Part shown: in pieces, positions 1 through 9,196 of the stretch | Layout: every line of letters begins with the position of its first letter | How positions within the stretch are numbered: the stretch's first letter is position 1 | Source of the DNA: a virus | Virus record (IMG/VR): IMGVR_UViG_3300028800_000003 | Location: 32,001-96,000 of that record | Direction: 5' to 3' (one strand) | Length of the DNA stretch: 64,000 bases | The notes under the pieces: model-generated | Databases searched by the model: none | The model's input: the letters and a program-made list of their open reading frames with translations, nothing else | Told to the model about the DNA's origin: nothing | Translations under genes and position numbers: made by a program

Positions 1-143
1 CGCAGCATGTCCTTGAGCGGGCCGGACATGCGCTGGCGCCGAAATTGATATTGATCCACGAGATACGACGCGACGGTCGACTTGCCGCAACCGGCGCGAC
101 CTGTCAGACCGATGACGCGAATAGGGGTTGATGCGGCGAACAT
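1..143 (-). CDS. Deoxynucleoside monophosphate kinase-like P-loop protein, N-terminus (runs off the window)
   Basis: Manual translation MFAASTPIRVIGLTGRAGCGKSTVASYL...SGPLKDML: Walker A GxxGxGKS plus the PLK motif of phage dNMP kinases; GGAGG RBS upstream. Confidence 0.75.
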   Translation of the reverse strand, partial: MFAASTPIRVIGLTGRAGCGKSTVASYLVDQYQFRRQRMSGPLKDML

Positions 144-529
144 GCGCCACGCCTCCGTGCTGTCCGCAACTTGTCGTTTTGTGCTGCGGTTATTGAGATA
201 AGGGGTTGATTTATCTTGATTTTTTGATTTTCGGCGTCGATTTTAGGACTGTTAATCCTCCTCAAAAGTTGTTTGTTCCTGGGCGTCTGCCTTAGTTTCG
301 GCGCATCCTGCGATCAGCCTTTTCCGCAGTGGTGGAAGGGGTTCCCAGATAGCCGCAGTGCCTCCCGCGGATGCCGGATAACCTCTTGCGACATTGACAT
401 TGAAGCCATTCGGCTTAGGTTCCGTCATTAAGTCGCCGCATTGATCGGCGGCGAATCAGGTGGTGGCCGTCTGGCGGCCGGATCGAAATAAGCGCAACGG
501 TTGTCGGACTGGGGTTGACTCAGGTCTCA

Positions 530-549
530 TAACCGCAATGATGCGGTTA
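530..549. promoter_or_regulatory. Palindromic putative operator TAACCGCAATGATGCGGTTA upstream of the repressor
   Basis: Inverted repeat AACCGC-N6-GCGGTT; the same half-site recurs at other promoters in the window. Confidence 0.55.
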
Positions 550-557
550 GGTGCGGA

Positions 558-1439
558 ATGGTGTCAAGCGAAATTTTGTGTCCTGTCGTAGATCAGCATC
601 GGGGGGTGCCAATGAAAAAAGTGAAAATCGTAAAAATGGTGCGTAAGCGTAAACAGTTTTTCCTGAGCGACCTGCTTGCAACGTATCAGGTCGATCCTTC
701 ACTGAGACCGGATCACATCAAGAATATCCTGTCGCGCATCTATCATCAGGCTAACGTGCTCGGCATCGACAGCGAGCGCGCCATCTCGAATATGGCAACC
801 GGATCGCCTGACACTGTGCGATCGATGCGGCGGCAATACGAAACCGGCAAACAGCACAGTGCTGACACATCGACATTGCAGCAACTCGCCGTGCCGCTGC
901 GCGTCAACGTGAAATGGCTGCAATTCGGCATGGGACCGCGCGAAGCATCCGCGGAACATTCGACGGCATCATCGCCCATGCGCACCATTCCGCGAGGCCA
1001 TATCGCAGACGGCGTGCCTGCGCTCCAGGTGCGCGGCACTGTCGTCGTCGACGGCTGGTTTGGTGAAGGCGCCGGCCAGGTTGCCGCCGGCAACGCACCG
1101 CCACCTGATCCGGCGTTCGCACCGAGCGCACAATTCGCGCTCCTGGTCGGCGACGATTCGGTGAATCGCTTTGCGCAATCCGGCGACTATCTGATTGCCA
1201 TTGATCCCAGCGTGGTCAAGGTCGAGCCGGCCGAACATCTCGTTGTCGTCTCGCGCATGATGAAGGACACCAACTTGCGCGAACTGACAGTGCGACGCGC
1301 GACGCCCAATGGAACTGATCTGGTGCTGCGTTACGAGTCGAACGAGATGCGGTTCAAGGAGAAGCCGGAACCGCATATCAGCGAGCCCGGCATCAGCATC
1401 GTCGGCGTGGTGATTGCGGTCTACCGCCGCGTTGCCTGA
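558..1439 (+). CDS. CI-like phage repressor (HTH plus S24/LexA-like C-terminal domain); true start may be downstream (e.g. 613)
   Basis: LQQLAVPLRVNVKWLQFGMG (HTH end); FALLVGDDSVNRFAQSGDYLI...ELTVRR...IVGVVIAVYR (S24-like fold). Confidence 0.7.
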   Translation: MVSSEILCPVVDQHRGVPMKKVKIVKMVRKRKQFFLSDLLATYQVDPSLRPDHIKNILSRIYHQANVLGIDSERAISNMATGSPDTVRSMRRQYETGKQHSADTSTLQQLAVPLRVNVKWLQFGMGPREASAEHSTASSPMRTIPRGHIADGVPALQVRGTVVVDGWFGEGAGQVAAGNAPPPDPAFAPSAQFALLVGDDSVNRFAQSGDYLIAIDPSVVKVEPAEHLVVVSRMMKDTNLRELTVRRATPNGTDLVLRYESNEMRFKEKPEPHISEPGISIVGVVIAVYRRVA

Positions 1440-1600
1440 TTTACGATCTTCGCCTTTGGTTTCATCCTGTGACAATCCGCCGCAAGGTTACGTGCGTCAT
1501 CTGACACGGTTATAGTGTTGCCGGTTCCAGTGTCACGGCGTATGTTTCAACTTGAACACCTTGTTTCGGAAAATTAACCACGAATTCCAAGAGGCCTGGA

Positions 1601-2029
1601 ATGTCTACGTTGCGTCATGGCGATGCCATTGTCGTCACTCGCCCCATTGTGCTGCCATATGCGTCAATAGCGCGCGGTGAACGCGCTCACGTCGTCGACA
1701 TCGACCCGGAAAACGGAGGCGTTGTCGCGCAACTCGATCGCCCACATCCCGATCTGGTTCCTAACCGCAACATGATCTTCATTGCCCCGGACAGTGAGGA
1801 TGTCGCCCGCCTCGTTCCGGCCCGCACGCGCTATCTCACCATCGGCACAATGGCCGCTTGTGTCGCGCTCTTTTCCTGCCTGACCGTCTTCGAGAACATA
1901 AAGCCGGCCGCAGCCGGCGCTGCCGATCTTGCCACCAAGGCGTGCGCGGTCGACCCTCTCCACCTCGCCAACCTACCCATCACCGCAACGGTTAATGACA
2001 TCGACCAGGGCGGGGCTGACCCCGACTGA
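1601..2029 (+). CDS. Hypothetical membrane-anchored protein
   Basis: 142-aa ORF, GAGG RBS, one hydrophobic segment. Confidence 0.55.
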   Translation: MSTLRHGDAIVVTRPIVLPYASIARGERAHVVDIDPENGGVVAQLDRPHPDLVPNRNMIFIAPDSEDVARLVPARTRYLTIGTMAACVALFSCLTVFENIKPAAAGAADLATKACAVDPLHLANLPITATVNDIDQGGADPD

Positions 2030-2103
2030 ACTTTATTTAACCGCGGTTATTGACGGTTAGCCGAGAAGGGCTCATATAAGTCCCGAACCATTCGGGATTT
2101 GAT

Positions 2104-2460
2104 GTGCCTTTCTTCGCGCCAGCACGAGTCCGTCGCAGCCGCATCATCGCCACGGCATCGAGCCCGCTTGTCCTGTCTATCGGACTGAGCGCGGATTTGA
2201 CTGTCAGGTTGAACGCGGCGTCAGGCCGCGTCGTGCTTGCTGGCTTTGATCGCAATGTGTTGCGGCTGCGGCGTGCCCGCAGCAATGACACGGCGATCCT
2301 GCGCACATTCCAAATCACCAAGGAACGCTACGGCCTCAACGTGCGGTGCATGGCGCTGCCGCGCGGCGTCGTCGTGCCAGAGGGACGCCTGATGTTGGCG
2401 CACCGCTGGCACGGCGATGTTTTGCTGATCGATCTGACACGTATTCAAGGATCACCGTGA
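2104..2460 (+). CDS. Hypothetical protein
   Basis: 118-aa ORF whose stop abuts the next start; follows a TTGACG promoter-like site and operator palindrome at ~2038-2056. Confidence 0.5.
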   Translation: MPFFAPARVRRSRIIATASSPLVLSIGLSADLTVRLNAASGRVVLAGFDRNVLRLRRARSNDTAILRTFQITKERYGLNVRCMALPRGVVVPEGRLMLAHRWHGDVLLIDLTRIQGSP

Positions 2461-3176
2461 TGAATGAACGTCCAGACCAATTGCATATGGCGGTTGAAGC
2501 CGCGCGCACCCTCCGCGGCGAGATCGCGAAGCTGATCGTTGCTGACAAGGTCGAAGCCGGCGAGATCGGCCCCGAAGACGCGCAAACTATCCAAGACACC
2601 TTCGACGGCGAAACCACGCTGGAGATCGAACTGGCGCGTGCAATCGAGGCCGAAGACGACGACACAATCCTGGTCACCGGCATCACCACGCGCATCAACG
2701 AACTGACAAACCGGCGCGACCGCATCAAAAAGCGCATCGCCGCACGCCGCGGCCTGATCGAACAGGCGATGACGGTTGCCGAATGGCCGAAGCATGAAAC
2801 GCCGCTCGGCACGTTGTCGATGGCAAAATCCCCAGACACCGTTGAGGTCGACGACGAGGCGTCGATCCCGTCGCAATTCTGGAAGCCGGCCGATCCGGTG
2901 CTCGACCGAAAAGGTCTCGGCGATTCGCTCAAGACTTTTCACAAGTCGGTGCAACACGCCAGTGGCATCAAGGATGTTGGCGAGCGCGCCAGCGCCTTGC
3001 TCGATCTGGCGCGGCTACTGCCGCAACAGCATCAGGACATCGTCACGAAGGCGCAAGGCATCAATGATCATGCCGAGCGCGCCGATGCACTGGCCTCGAT
3101 CCTCAACCGATGCTCGCCGGTTCAGGGCGCCCACCTCGATCTTGGCGGCAAGCATCTCGTTATTCGCCGCAAATAA
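2460..3176 (+). CDS. Siphovirus Gp157-family protein with C-terminal insertion
   Basis: DTFDGET...coiled coil...ETPLGTLSMAKSPDTVEVDDEASIPSQFWK...LDRK...VQGAHL...LVIR; lies just upstream of the recombinase. Confidence 0.75.
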   Translation: MNERPDQLHMAVEAARTLRGEIAKLIVADKVEAGEIGPEDAQTIQDTFDGETTLEIELARAIEAEDDDTILVTGITTRINELTNRRDRIKKRIAARRGLIEQAMTVAEWPKHETPLGTLSMAKSPDTVEVDDEASIPSQFWKPADPVLDRKGLGDSLKTFHKSVQHASGIKDVGERASALLDLARLLPQQHQDIVTKAQGINDHAERADALASILNRCSPVQGAHLDLGGKHLVIRRK

Positions 3177-3219
3177 AAGCTGTTCGAGCGTAGCAAATAA
3201 ACCAGCGTAGGAAATAAAA

Positions 3220-4158
3220 ATGAACGCACTGACCAAGATCGAGACCGGCACCGCAATCGCGACCTGGACTCCGCGGCAGCTCGAAACCATCAAACGCACC
3301 GTCGCCCGCGACACCAGTGACGACGAATTCAACCTGTTCATCGAATACGCCAAGGTGAAAGGCCTCGACCCGTTTTCGCGGCAGGTCATCGCGATCATCT
3401 TTAACAAGGACAAGCCTGAAAAACGGCAGATGACCATCATCACCACGCAAGAGGGCTTGCGGGTGATGGCGGCGCGCTGCGGCGACTACCGCCCGGCCGA
3501 GGAGGAACCGGCCTATGAGTATGGCGCTGAGAAGACAGGGACCAATCCGCTCGGTCTCGTCAAATGCACCGTGAAACTGTGGAAGCAAGACCCGCGCACC
3601 AATCAATGGTTCCCGGTCAGCGGCACGGCGTATTGGGACGAACACGCTCCGATCAAGGAGGAGTGGGCCTGGAACGAACAGGCCAACAAACGCAAGCCGA
3701 CCGGCAAGCTGATCGTCGAAGACAACTGGAGAAAGATGGGCCGCTTGATGCTGGCGAAATGCGCCACCACGCAAGCGCTCCGCGCCGGCTGGCCGGCGAC
3801 GTTCTCCGGTGTGTACGGCGAGGAGGAAATGGATCGCGCCATCACCGACGATCGCACCGCTTCCGAAATCGTCGCGATGGAAGCCGAGGTTCGGCGCGCC
3901 AAGGCCATCGGCATGTCCGACGATGAATATCCCTTCGTCGACGACCAGGGCAACATGCACTTCATCCCCGCCGGCGAATACGGCGATCGACTTATCGAGG
4001 AAGCGCGCGCCTACAAGACGGCAGAGCCGTTGCAGGCGATGATCGTGCGCAACCGCGAGGGCTTCAATCGCTTCTGGGCGAAGCACAAGTCCGACGCCCT
4101 TGAGGTCAAGCGCTCGCTGGAAGGCATTGGCGAGAAGCTGTCCAAGGTGGCGGCGTGA
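3220..4158 (+). CDS. bet: RecT/Bet-family single-strand annealing recombinase
   Basis: DEFNLFIEYAKVKGLDPFSRQV...EGLRVMAARCGDY...WRKMGRLMLAKCATTQALRAGWP..FSGVYGEEEM. Confidence 0.85.
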   Translation: MNALTKIETGTAIATWTPRQLETIKRTVARDTSDDEFNLFIEYAKVKGLDPFSRQVIAIIFNKDKPEKRQMTIITTQEGLRVMAARCGDYRPAEEEPAYEYGAEKTGTNPLGLVKCTVKLWKQDPRTNQWFPVSGTAYWDEHAPIKEEWAWNEQANKRKPTGKLIVEDNWRKMGRLMLAKCATTQALRAGWPATFSGVYGEEEMDRAITDDRTASEIVAMEAEVRRAKAIGMSDDEYPFVDDQGNMHFIPAGEYGDRLIEEARAYKTAEPLQAMIVRNREGFNRFWAKHKSDALEVKRSLEGIGEKLSKVAA

Positions 4159-4159
4159 T

Positions 4160-4333
4160 ATGCCCGACACCGATCTGAAACGCCGCCAGGAGGCGGGCGC
4201 GAGATTCGAGCAAAAGATGCTCGACTTTCTGCTGCAATACAACCCGACGCACGACCTGAAAGTGATCGACGTGATTGCCATCGCGTCGGCTGCCCGGCGA
4301 CTCGCCTTTGAAGAATTCTCCGAGGGTCGCTGA
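4160..4333 (+). CDS. Hypothetical protein
   Basis: Small ORF tightly packed in the operon. Confidence 0.5.
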   Translation: MPDTDLKRRQEAGARFEQKMLDFLLQYNPTHDLKVIDVIAIASAARRLAFEEFSEGR

Positions 4334-4582
4334 ATGTTTGTCGATCTGGACAAGAGAACCCAGCACGCCGCACAACTAAAACGCGGCCTGGAACGTCTCG
4401 GGCCGAATTTCGTCGCCACCATCTGTTATTGGTGTGACGGTACGACGACTCACAATTTCGAGCACTGCCATGTTTGCGGCGCCGGCAAGTTCTACGGCAC
4501 GTCGCTCGGCCTCCTGATCAACAATAAGCCAGCGCCTGACAGCGTCGTCAATCAGGTGCTTGTCGCAGGCGAGGCCGCATGA
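4334..4582 (+). CDS. Hypothetical Zn-finger-like protein
   Basis: CxxCxG...CxxC motifs; abuts both neighbours. Confidence 0.55.
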   Translation: MFVDLDKRTQHAAQLKRGLERLGPNFVATICYWCDGTTTHNFEHCHVCGAGKFYGTSLGLLINNKPAPDSVVNQVLVAGEAA

Positions 4583-4777
4583 ATGTGCCAGGGCAGCCTT
4601 TTTCATAAATGGTCGGACTGGATTTACCCGCCGAGCAACGCGACTGAGGCCATCGACAAATTCGGCATGGCCATCGCGCCTATCGAGTCGAAGCTGTTTG
4701 ATCGGTGGATCGAAAAGGTCCGCATTTGCTGCAAGTGCAGCAACGTTCAGGTTCGATACATCCCGGACGGTCACTGA
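4583..4777 (+). CDS. Hypothetical protein
   Basis: 64 aa with HKWSDW and CCKC; stop overlaps the next ATG. Confidence 0.5.
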   Translation: MCQGSLFHKWSDWIYPPSNATEAIDKFGMAIAPIESKLFDRWIEKVRICCKCSNVQVRYIPDGH

Positions 4778-5469
4778 TGAAGCCACTCGGCCGCAAAAAC
4801 TACGGCTCGATTGCGCATCTACCATGTAGTCGCATGGGGCCGGCAGACCATGCGTGTCACGCCGGTCAAGCACGTATCGCCACCGAGAAGGCGCGCGATC
4901 GACACGACCTGATCATCGTAACCGAGAAGCTGGACGGCTCCAACGTCGGCATCGCAAACGTCGACGGCGTGATCTACGCAATCGGGCGCGCCGGTCACCT
5001 TGCGCAAACGTCGCCGTATGAACAGCATCAACTATTCGCGGACTGGGTAAGGCAAGACGAGCAGCGCTGGCGCGATGCGCTGCCCGCCGGCTGCCGGCTG
5101 GTCGGGGAATGGCTCGCGCAGGCTCACGGCACGCGCTACAGCCTGCCGCGAGGCCCATTCGTGGCATTCGATTTGATGTACGGCGATACCCGCACATCCT
5201 TCTCCAGTCTCCGCGCTCATTGCCAGACATTCGGCATTCCGATGCCGAAGCTGCTCCATCTCGGAGGTCCGCTTTCCGTCGAGGCAGCAATGGCGCTGCA
5301 CGGATGCGGCGACCACGGCTGTCTCGATGAACCGGAAGGCGCGGTCTGGCGCGTCGAGCGCCGCGGCGAATTCGATTTCATGTGCAAGTGGGTGCGCCCC
5401 GATAAGGTCGACGGCAAATTTCTGCCGGAGATTTCCGGTGGCGCGCCAATCTGGAATTGGCGACCATGA
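4777..5469 (+). CDS. ATP-dependent RNA ligase family protein (Rnl2-like nucleotidyltransferase domain)
   Basis: Motif I TEKLDGSN, motif III VGEWL, IIIa FVAFDL, IV EGAVWR, V CKWVR. Confidence 0.8.
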   Translation: MKPLGRKNYGSIAHLPCSRMGPADHACHAGQARIATEKARDRHDLIIVTEKLDGSNVGIANVDGVIYAIGRAGHLAQTSPYEQHQLFADWVRQDEQRWRDALPAGCRLVGEWLAQAHGTRYSLPRGPFVAFDLMYGDTRTSFSSLRAHCQTFGIPMPKLLHLGGPLSVEAAMALHGCGDHGCLDEPEGAVWRVERRGEFDFMCKWVRPDKVDGKFLPEISGGAPIWNWRP

Positions 5470-6200
5470 CTAAAAAGGGCTCTGAATTCCCGCCGCTCCT
5501 GATGGAGCGCGTCGCCAGGAAAATCGGCAACCAGACCTTCATCGGCTGGGTGCCGGCCGACCCAGTAAGCGCCGAGCGCATTTCCGAGCGCTACCGCGTC
5601 GGCGCCCAAGTCAATTTCACCACCTGGGAGGCGCGCGATCCGCGCAAGCTGCGCCTCTACTGGGCAATCCTGCAAGAGTGCGTCGCCAACGGCGAGAAAT
5701 ACGGCCGCGCCGAAGACCTGCACAACGCAGTCAAGATCGCGCTCGGCTATAAGCGCGAAATCCGCCTGCTCAATGTCGGCGAAACGTCATCGCTATTGAT
5801 GTCGCTTGGCGTCGTGCTCAACAAGATTCGCATGGTCTCGGAGAACAGCGACACCATTTTCGGCAAGCTGATCCGACCGTTGGTGAAACAGGCTTTCGAG
5901 ATCGCCGAGAAGGTCGGCGGCACGGTGAGCGACACCATCATCCTGCCGGGCTCGATCGCACTCGACAAGATGGACGAAGGCGAGTTCCGCATTTTCTTCG
6001 ACCGCGCAATGAACGAATTGCGTCGGGCTGGCTATCCCATCGATGAAATCATGGAAGCCAGCAAACAAAAACTCGCCCGAACTCGGGCGAGACAGACCCC
6101 TCCCCTCAATTACGGAGACAGCAACTATGGGCGAAGCCAAACGCCGCCGCGAGAAGATCGCGGAGTTAAAGACCCAGTCAGTAAAGAAGCAGCGGCATAA
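5466..6200 (+). CDS. DUF1367-like phage protein
   Basis: ARDPRKLRLYWAIL...LHNAVKIALGY...PGSIALDKMDEGEFRIFFDRA. Confidence 0.6.
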   Translation: MTKKGSEFPPLLMERVARKIGNQTFIGWVPADPVSAERISERYRVGAQVNFTTWEARDPRKLRLYWAILQECVANGEKYGRAEDLHNAVKIALGYKREIRLLNVGETSSLLMSLGVVLNKIRMVSENSDTIFGKLIRPLVKQAFEIAEKVGGTVSDTIILPGSIALDKMDEGEFRIFFDRAMNELRRAGYPIDEIMEASKQKLARTRARQTPPLNYGDSNYGRSQTPPREDRGVKDPVSKEAAA

Positions 6201-7059
6201 ACTGCGGCTGATGCCGGTCACGACACAGACCCAGCATCACTTCAAGAATCTGGCCGCCCGCAGCGAGGCGGATTTGAATGCCGGCCTGCCAGAGCGTTCC
6301 GCGTTCGCCTCACGCATCGAATATCGTCGCGCGCTGCATCTCTTTAATCCGGCCGTCGGCGCCGATCCGAAGCTGACCAAACAGATTCCAATCAAGGTCC
6401 GCGCTCATGCGTGGCATCCGCGTCCGCTCGACAAGCCGCCAGGCGCGATCCAACCGCTCGTCCTCGTTCCCGGCCGCAAGCTCGATCCCGATGAGCGGGT
6501 CATTCATCTCCAGGCCGTTGCCGGGTTTGCCTCTGCCGATCCGAAGCGACACCAGCAGGCGCATAATAAGATGCTCCGCATGTTGGACGTGCCGTGCGGC
6601 TTTCGCACGCCGTCTGCCAAGGCGAAGAACTGGCGCAGCACGTCGCTGATCGAACAGGCCTCGATCCGCGCCGGTCTCGCACCGGAGCGCGCGTTTGAAC
6701 CGTCGGCACGCGGTTTGAAAAAGCAGGAAGCCACACAACAGACCAAGGCGCTGATCCACCTGGAACGCCTGATGCGTGACAACGAAGCCCGCGCCATCCA
6801 GGCGCGCAATGATGATCAGAAAGCCAAGTGGTTTGTCGGCAAGGTCATGGCCGCCATGGAGGGCAGCATTAGCCATGAGTGGCTGGAGTCGATCGTGCCT
6901 GAGAAACTGACAGCATTCTACACCCGCCGCTTCAAATACATGAACGCTCCGCGTCGCGCGCGTTACGAATTGTTGCTTGCCGATGCCAAGGCGCGCCAGC
7001 GCGGCGAAAATCTCGACGGTTCGCCGCGGCGCGAGACGATCATGCGGGAAGCTGCGTGA
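6127..7059 (+). CDS. Hypothetical phage protein
   Basis: MGEAKRRR start with GGAG RBS; ends ...EAA like neighbouring genes. Confidence 0.6.
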   Translation: MGEAKRRREKIAELKTQSVKKQRHKLRLMPVTTQTQHHFKNLAARSEADLNAGLPERSAFASRIEYRRALHLFNPAVGADPKLTKQIPIKVRAHAWHPRPLDKPPGAIQPLVLVPGRKLDPDERVIHLQAVAGFASADPKRHQQAHNKMLRMLDVPCGFRTPSAKAKNWRSTSLIEQASIRAGLAPERAFEPSARGLKKQEATQQTKALIHLERLMRDNEARAIQARNDDQKAKWFVGKVMAAMEGSISHEWLESIVPEKLTAFYTRRFKYMNAPRRARYELLLADAKARQRGENLDGSPRRETIMREAA

Positions 7060-7286
7060 CCACGTTCATCACCATTAATAAGCACGTCATTGCGGCCAAT
7101 GCCAAGCATGGCCGTAATGACCCGCCGATCCGCGTCGCCAAGAGCAAAAACGGCAAGGCCGTCTATGCCCGCGGCGTGAAGATCAACGGACCCTCCGAGC
7201 TGATAAGCGGCGACGGCAAACCGGTCCTGAAATGCGGAGCGCGCATTGCGCTTGTTACCGACGCCGATGTCGAGGTGATCGCGTGA
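7056..7286 (+). CDS. Conserved small phage protein
   Basis: INKHVIAANAKHG..DPPIRV...INGPSEL...KPVLKCGARI; GTGA overlaps at both ends. Confidence 0.6.
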   Translation: MTTFITINKHVIAANAKHGRNDPPIRVAKSKNGKAVYARGVKINGPSELISGDGKPVLKCGARIALVTDADVEVIA

Positions 7287-7645
7287 GAACGATCATCCTC
7301 GGCAATAACGGCCGCTACGAAACGCAAGTGTCTGACGAGGACTATGCGTACCTCGTCCAGTGGCGATGGCAATACAAGCTGTCATCTAAAAGGTATCAAG
7401 GCAGCGCCGACAAGGGCGTCTACGCAAAGCGCACGACGACGGTCAACGGCCGCAAGATCACGTTGCTGATGTCGCATGTGATCCTGGAGCGCATGGGCAA
7501 GCCGCGCCCAGGACCCGATTACGATGCCGACCACGGCGACGATCATTCGCTCAACAATCAGCGCCACAATCTCGGCTGGGTTCACAAGACGCCCAACAGA
7601 GGCAAGGCCTCCAACCGCTCCTGCTACTACGCGGAGGCGGCATGA
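7283..7645 (+). CDS. HNH endonuclease (homing-type)
   Basis: VSDEDY...YAKR...MSHVIL...DADHGDDHSLNNQRHNL. Confidence 0.7.
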   Translation: MRTIILGNNGRYETQVSDEDYAYLVQWRWQYKLSSKRYQGSADKGVYAKRTTTVNGRKITLLMSHVILERMGKPRPGPDYDADHGDDHSLNNQRHNLGWVHKTPNRGKASNRSCYYAEAA

Positions 7646-7821
7646 CGATCGTGAACCCACTCGACATACAATGCGCTCACCGAGCACACATCAACGATAG
7701 TGTCCAGTGCGACGGAAAAATCTATCAGATCGTAGGAGTTCTACAATACCCAGACTTTCTGGCCGTCGAATGGCCATGGTGGAGATATGCGTTTCGGTTC
7801 TTGCGAAAGGTTCTCCGGTGA
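7642..7821 (+). CDS. Hypothetical protein (59 aa, not in ORF track)
   Basis: ATGA/GTGA overlaps with both neighbours; GGAGG RBS. Confidence 0.5.
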   Translation: MTIVNPLDIQCAHRAHINDSVQCDGKIYQIVGVLQYPDFLAVEWPWWRYAFRFLRKVLR

Positions 7822-8357
7822 TTCTGAAACCTGGAACCTTCAACGTCAATGAGTACCGCAAGGCAATTCCTGTGTGGGTGAAGCTGCAAGCGTTGATCAA
7901 TTCAATCATTCAGCGCGGCGAACTGCCGCTGAATGATGGCAAGCCGCTCGATGCCCGCGATCTGCAATTCGATCACTGCCCAGCCCTGGTTGATCGGCCA
8001 TACGATACCGTGGCTGGCGATTTCATTCCACAGCAGAACGACCCCGAATTCATCGTCCCGTTGCGCAAGCGCACGCATCTGCAAAAGACAACAGGCCGCA
8101 AGGAGGATGCCGAGCGGACAGTGACGACGCGCGGCAGCGATGTCGGCGAAGCGGCGCGCACGCGGCACATTCAGGACAGCGAGACCATCCACCAGGCGAA
8201 GATGTTGCACCGCGTGGACCCGGATGCGGCACGGCGTCTGCTCGGCAGCGTGCGGCAGAAGACCCGCCTGCGGCCGAAACGCAAGATCGCCAGCCGCGGC
8301 TTCGGCAATCAACATCGTCCCATGCAATCGAGGAAGCGCAACCGTGGCCGGAGTTAG
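7818..8357 (+). CDS. HNH-like phage protein
   Basis: LQFDHCPAL...NDPEFIVPL...HLQKT...SDVGEAARTR, basic C-terminus. Confidence 0.55.
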   Translation: MILKPGTFNVNEYRKAIPVWVKLQALINSIIQRGELPLNDGKPLDARDLQFDHCPALVDRPYDTVAGDFIPQQNDPEFIVPLRKRTHLQKTTGRKEDAERTVTTRGSDVGEAARTRHIQDSETIHQAKMLHRVDPDAARRLLGSVRQKTRLRPKRKIASRGFGNQHRPMQSRKRNRGRS

Positions 8358-8580
8358 GAACAATCCATGTGTCGAGGCGATCGTTAAGACGCTGCTCGAT
8401 GCCGGCATAAGGCCCGAGGCGCCAGAGGTCACGAAGGGCTGCCACGTCAGGGTGCGCTGGCAGGCGAACGGCAACAAGCGCCAGTATCACACAGGGGCCT
8501 CGCCATCCGACTGGCGAGCCCCGAGGAAGGCGGCATCAGACGTGCGCCGCATGTTGCGCGAAGACGGCTTAGCTCTATAA
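8344..8580 (+). CDS. HicA-like small protein
   Basis: TKGCHVRVRW...TGASPSDWRA...DVRR motif. Confidence 0.55.
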   Translation: MAGVRNNPCVEAIVKTLLDAGIRPEAPEVTKGCHVRVRWQANGNKRQYHTGASPSDWRAPRKAASDVRRMLREDGLAL

Positions 8581-8583
8581 AAA

Positions 8584-8630
8584 TAACCGGTTATATCTCT
8601 TGACAACCCGCATGTATAACCGCATCTGAG
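8584..8630 (+). promoter_or_regulatory. Putative promoter/operator of the Nop-domain operon
   Basis: TTGACA at 8600; palindrome TAACCGGTTA at 8584-8593; TAACCGCA at 8617; -10 element weak. Confidence 0.5.
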
Positions 8631-8662
8631 AACCGCGGCAATAAACATCGGAGTCAGCCAAG

Positions 8663-9196
8663 ATGAGCCTCACAGAAAATACCGAGCCACGTCGTCGTCG
8701 CCAAAGCCGCCGACGTAACCCAGAGACGCTTGGGGAGTTGCTGGTTTCGCTTCATCAACAATATCCGCGAGCGACCGAGACCGAACTAAAATCCATGCTC
8801 CGCGAGAATGGCAAGGAACGTCCGCAACTGGTCGACGAAGCCTTGGATTTCTGGTCGTCGCTCAATTACCGCAAGCTGATCGTCGCTCCCAATCCTGCCG
8901 GTCAGACATCGCGACCGCAACCGCGAGAGAACATCGAGGGCAGCGCCCAGGCTGCGCGCGTCACCATCCAAACGATTTTCGATACTTTCATGATCGGCGG
9001 CAAGCCGGTCGGCGAATACACGACGCAAGAAGCCATCGGCGTCGGACGCACAAACATCCGCCATGGCTACATTCTTCTGCGCATGGCGCGCGTCGTCGCC
9101 AACCCCGATCCGAATGCCAAGCTGCGCAACATCGTGAAGCTCAACGAAGCGCAGCGCATCATCAAACAAGCGATCGAGGAATCGAATGTCGCGTAA
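8663..9196 (+). CDS. Hypothetical protein translationally coupled to the Nop-domain gene
   Basis: 177 aa, GGAG RBS, 11-nt overlap with the 9186 ORF. Confidence 0.65.
   Translation: MSLTENTEPRRRRQSRRRNPETLGELLVSLHQQYPRATETELKSMLRENGKERPQLVDEALDFWSSLNYRKLIVAPNPAGQTSRPQPRENIEGSAQAARVTIQTIFDTFMIGGKPVGEYTTQEAIGVGRTNIRHGYILLRMARVVANPDPNAKLRNIVKLNEAQRIIKQAIEESNVA

Noticed and set aside
247-257. GACTGTTAATC resembling a tRNA-Asn anticodon arm or second att site
   Set aside because: No T arm, D arm or acceptor stem nearby
254-428. Short minus-strand ORF as a Cro-like gene
   Set aside because: No HTH signature or convincing RBS
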